From contig NW_005434634.1 of NCBI RefSeq assembly GCF_000315625.1, positions 520,531-584,530 of the forward strand: DNA of 64,000 bases, written 5' to 3'. The notes under the pieces are model-generated. The model did no database searches and had not been told where the DNA came from. It worked only from the letters and a program-made list of their open reading frames with translations. Made by a program: the position numbers and the translations under genes. The DNA is from Guillardia theta CCMP2712 (Eukaryota; Protista; Cryptophyta). Below, one piece after another: positions 56,874-64,000 of the stretch; position 1 is the first letter of the stretch, and each line of letters starts with the position of its first letter.

Positions 56874-59648
56874 GGAGGAAGGGGAGCACGGACCAGCTTC
56901 TAAGAGGCTCCGTAAACCAGAATACTTTCAAGATTGGGAAGGTGCCGCAGTTGACGGCATTTCTGAAGCCGAAGAGGTAGGAGACCATAAGGAGGGCAGG
57001 CAGGTCGAAGCAGCCGGTGGAGTGAGAGAGGAAGGGAGCAACGTTTCTGGGATCCAAGAGCGGCTCCAGGAGGTTAAGACGAAGCGACACATTGCAAGCT
57101 TGTTCGTGGGGACGGAGAAAAAGAAGATGCATCCTCATACCGCCTCCTTCCTCGACGAGCGAGACCCTTCCAACCCCCTCAAGATGTTCTCCAACCTTCG
57201 TTCCCTCTCTGCTGCCCAGCAAGCCCTGCCGCTTGATGGCAAAGCTGACGGCGAAGTGAACGGCGTTGCGCTTGTTTCCCATCAAGGCGGCAAGGCTGAA
57301 CGGCGACTGCGAGCGCAGCTGAGAGGAGATGAGTGGGAGTTCCTAAAGGGGCTGGAAGGTAGGGAGAGTCTTTGTACGCGGGAGGGTTCAAGTCTAAGTG
57401 ACAGGACTGGGAGAGAAGATCGACTTGGAGGCAGAGAAGGCTGAGTACCTGAGACTTCGAAGGTGCGGGAGGGATCAGTGAGGGAAGAGGAGGAGGCAGG
57501 AAGCTGGAGAAGGAGGGAGGGAGGGAGGGAGGGAGGGAGGGAGGAAAGGAGGCTGGTTTAATTAGCAGCAGGGAAATTGAAGATCAAATTCTATTTCCGG
57601 ATGAAGTTGACACGCCGCTCAACGTCTCCGTCGTCGACGTGATTCCCCTGCCTCCCTCGTCTGACCTTCTTCATCCCAACCTTCTACCTCGCTTCCTCTA
57701 CCTATGTCCCTTCCTCTGCCTCCCGTCCTCTCTCTCTCTCCCCTCCTCTGACTTTGTGCAGACGTACGGCGACTTCACCCCCCTGCACGATCTTGAGAAA
57801 GCCTCTTGGGACCCAACAGCCAACCTGCCAGCAGAGTATCGGTGAGATCAGCATTCCACATGCCTCATCCTCCTCCTCCTCCTCCTCCTCCTCCTCTCCT
57901 CCTCCTCCTCCTCCTCCTCCTCCTCCTCCTCCTCCTCCTCGCAGTTTTCAACTTCATGATCCTTTCGACTGTCTCGGCCTCATCTCGTCCTCTCGCTCCT
58001 CTATTTTCCCCGTCGCTGGGCCTCATCGACTCATCTCAGTCTCGCAGACGAATCTATCAGTTCAGCAACTTCAAGGTCAGACCGTCTTGCCTGTCGTCGC
58101 GTCTGAGCGACTTCAGGGGATCCAAAAGCGATCGTTGAAGGCCAACGACCAATTCCTCAAGTCAGCCAATGCAGGAGAAGTGGAGGTGATCATCTCGACT
58201 TGACCTCCTCCTCCTCCCTCCACCTTCTCCATCTGCCTGCTTCCTTGATGGTTTCACTTTCTATTCCAGGCCGCTCAGCCAGGGCAACACATCGCCGTCA
58301 AGCTTCTTGGAGTTCCCGAGGGACAGGCAGGAGGAGGAGGAGGAGTTCGGTGGGGCGGGAGAGGGGAGGGAGCAAGGGGAGAGGGGAGGAGGAAGAGGAG
58401 GAGTTGCGAGCCATTCGCTGAGGAAGAATCAGGTCGATGCGATCATGCGGATGCACGTTGAAGGCAAACCAGTGCTATTGTCCTCCGTTCTTCGACATGA
58501 GAACAAGAGGCAAGGAGAGCGGGGAGGAGTGGAGAAGAAAGATGAGAGATGGGGAGAGGAGAGGAGAGGAAGGGAGAGGTGAGAGAAGGGACGATGAGAG
58601 GAGAAGAGAGAAGGGAGGAAGAGAGAGGAGAGGGATGAGAAGGGAAAGGAGAGAAGCGAAGGGAGAGGAGGAGGGATTGCCCTGACACCTATGCAGAGGA
58701 CTGCTGAACATGCAAGTGGACAGACACGCGAGCCTTCCAGAACGAGAGATTGTTGAGAGCGAGGATGTAAGAGAGGAGGAGGAGGAGGAGGACCAGGAGG
58801 AGAGAGAGGCTGAGGGCCTTGTAGGAGCTGGAGTTCCACCTGGGGTTCAGACGAGAATCCGGTCGTCCGATTTTCTCGCATGCTGTCGGCAGCACCAGCA
58901 CGGGACAGTTGAAATTCATTGTGCAGAAATTTCTACTGTACGAGAAAGGTAAGGGAGGAGGAGGAGGAGGAGGATGGACATAACTGGCAGCAGGCAAGGT
59001 CTTTGCTTCCATCTTCGCTCCAACCGTGTTTCCCAACGTTCCTGTCCTGATGTTTCGTCCCAAAGACTCTAGGTGTCCCTTTGCTGCTCGCATCTCCTTC
59101 TGATCTCATCTCATCTCATCTCATCTCATCTCATCTCGTCTCATCTCGTCTCTATCCAGGCTTGTGGGCACGGGCACAACCATTGACATGGATTGCGATC
59201 GGATCCTCTTGAAGAGAATCACCTTGACAGGATATCCCTACAGGCACCTCTTCTTCTCCTCCTCCTCTCTCCTCCTCCTCCTCCTCCTCCTCCCCCTCCT
59301 CCTCCTCCCCCTCCTCTTCCTTCTCTCCCTCCTCTTCTCTTCTCCTCTCCTTATCGTCGTTCAGGATCCACAAGCTCACTGTTGTCGTCCGCTGGATGTT
59401 CTTCTTCGAATCCGACGTTCGCGCCCTGACCGGCTGCAAGCTGGTGAATCTCGAGCTCTCACTTCCCAGCTGACCGCCAGCAGACGAGCAAGTTTGGGCT
59501 CGAGGGGGAGCTGCTGGGGCCTCTGGGAACGCGCGGGCTGATGAAGACCAAGTGGAGCGACAGCGTCTCGTTCAAGGACACAGTCTGCCTGCACCTCTAC
59601 AAGCGAGTCTTCCCTTCCCCCCTCTCTCCCCCCTCCCCTGTCTCTTAG
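55268..59648 (+). CDS. TSR1: Pre-rRNA processing protein TSR1 (Bms1/Tsr1 family), divergent, with N-terminal signal + LRLRGG presequence, multi-exon
   Basis: LDLLKVVD, AQGLP, IEGFLRSRPLSADQLVHVSGVG.F, DEVDTP, WDPTANLPAEY.RIYQFSNF, LRHENK, HLGFRR..RPIFS, DRILLKRITLTGYP, PLGTRGLMK, DTVCLHLYKRVFP. Confidence 0.88.
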
Positions 59649-59998
59649 TCTTCCCCTCCCTTCTCCTTCCCTCTAACTCCCTTCCCTTCTCCGTTTTCGC
59701 TCTCTCTTCCTCCACCACTGCTGTCCCTCCTCCTCTAGTTCTTTTTTCCTTCCTCGCCCTTGGCTTCATAGGTCCAATCCCTCCTCCTCCTCCTCCTCCT
59801 CCTCCTCCTCCTCCTCCTCCTCCTCCTCCGCCTGCCTTCCATCCCCTCAGCCTCATTTTCAACGAGCAGCAAAGAGCAGCGGTTTGTTGTCTTGTCCTTT
59901 CAATCATTTCTGTACAGCTTTCTTCCACCCCTCATATACTCCTTACCCTCCTCCTCCTTCTCCTCCTCTTTCATTACCTCCTCTCCTCTTTGCGCTCA

Positions 59999-62766
<2,768 letters not shown>

Positions 62767-63200
62767 TGCGCCATCACGTGCGATTCGACCCCTCATCCCC
62801 CCTCATATACCCGCAGTCGGGGCGCCCACCTGGGCGCCCTGCGGGGGAGGAACTCCCAATAAAAGGGTTTAGTACCGGTATTTTTGTATGCGGGGCGCCC
62901 GGCCGGGCCAGGGCGCCGGCCAGGGCGCCGGCAGTCTGTGGCGCAGTCGTGCGGCGCAGTCGGGGCCCATGGGGGCTGCCTGGGGGCTCCCGGCCCGGAG
63001 TGACTCCGACTCGGCGAGGCTCGGCTCCAGGCCGATCTTAGAGGGCCATGAAGTACCGGTAGTGGTGGAGCAGACGATCGTTGGCTGTGCCATCGTCGAC
63101 AACTTTAGACAATGTAGAAAGTTAAATTATCACGTGACATCAGTAGATTACACGTGGCCGCGAAGTTGACCCTGACTGTCACACAGGGGGCCCCCAGTTG

Positions 63201-64000
63201 CTATATACCAGTCTCCTGCTCCTCCTCCTCCCGGATGTCACCATCATTATCTTGCAGTACAGCAGCAGGAAACTCTTCTATATCAGAGAATGAAAACATC
63301 TCCGGCAGTCTTGGGTCCTCCTTCCAACTCTCCTCCACTGCGATGCCTGCTGGAGCTTGATCCCTGATGCGGGTCAGCACACCTCGCAGCCTCTCCCCGC
63401 CTGCAAACATGCCGTTCTCCTGGTCCATCATCATCGAGTGCATGTAAGATGCTTCCTGTATCGTCTCGCCTCTTTCCGTCCTCCTACTCATGCACATGCT
63501 CCACCCAGTGGGCAGATCAACCGCGTGCAGCTGTGGCTGGTCAGGAACCATGGTCCTGCAACCATCCACGAGCAGCAGGACAGGAGGCCGTGGATGCTCG
63601 AACCATTTGGTCCAGAGCTTCACAATGTCCCCGAGCGTGACGGCGCCTTCAGGTTCTTCATCGAGGCGATCGAGCCAGGAGGCGTCGAAGTCTTTCAGGA
63701 GGAAGCAGAGCTCGCCTGACTTGCCCTCCTTCAGCACATGCCCCGAGAAGGTCACCAGGATCCAGGACGGGGGAAACTTGGCGATGACCTCCAAGTGTTT
63801 CTCGAGGAGGTAGAGGAGGTCATTCTCAGTCGGGTCTGAGATTTCCACCCCGCGACATCGAGGCATCCGCCTAAGCGCATGGAGGAAGTCATGCGAGTCT
63901 CTGAGGGCTTGAGGGAGCGGAGGGAGCATTTCGTATCCCCCGACCCCGATGCAGAGCGCAAAGACCTCAAGTCGCTCCTGCAGCACAAGGTCGAACTCCT
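63201..64000 (-). CDS. Caspase-family (peptidase C14, clan CD) domain protein, 5' partial
   Basis: ALCIGVGGY..LPPLPQALRD, His in VTFSGH, Cys in LLLVDGCR. Confidence 0.75.
   Translation of the reverse strand, partial: EFDLVLQERLEVFALCIGVGGYEMLPPLPQALRDSHDFLHALRRMPRCRGVEISDPTENDLLYLLEKHLEVIAKFPPSWILVTFSGHVLKEGKSGELCFLLKDFDASWLDRLDEEPEGAVTLGDIVKLWTKWFEHPRPPVLLLVDGCRTMVPDQPQLHAVDLPTGWSMCMSRRTERGETIQEASYMHSMMMDQENGMFAGGERLRGVLTRIRDQAPAGIAVEESWKEDPRLPEMFSFSDIEEFPAAVLQDNDGDIREEEEQETGI

Overview
Gene-dense eukaryotic nuclear DNA with many very short (about 33-60 nt) spliceosomal introns, bipartite signal+transit presequences ('DA|F') and LRLRGG motifs. This pattern fits a cryptophyte alga (Guillardia theta-like); the taxon is my inference. 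About 24 genes were identified by hand-splicing the ORF track: PKD1-like REJ-GPS-5TM protein, CPBP protease, PKD2-like channel, TTLL glutamylase, PIBF1/CEP90, kinesin, PPR-like and hypothetical presequence-bearing proteins, GT41 O-GlcNAc-transferase-like protein, Rim2/SLC25A36-like carrier, TypA/BipA, a Zwint/Sos7-like kinetochore protein, Deg protease, a WW protein, IFT25, ARM-F-box-LRR, P5CS, RWD-SANT-CHY, WD40, a Q-rich protein, TSR1, ACL4 (spanning a 668-nt N gap) and a caspase-family protein. Main points: (1) a 'split polycystin-1', in which a 5-TM REJ-GPS gene is followed on the same strand by a separate 6-TM polycystin channel gene; (2) signal peptide plus ubiquitin-tail mimic (LRLRGG) presequences, notably on TSR1; (3) a P5CS with an apparently dead reductase domain; (4) an alphaproteobacterial-type TypA carrying a plastid-type presequence. 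Exon boundaries are manual and approximate, and homology calls rest on motif recognition, not database searches.
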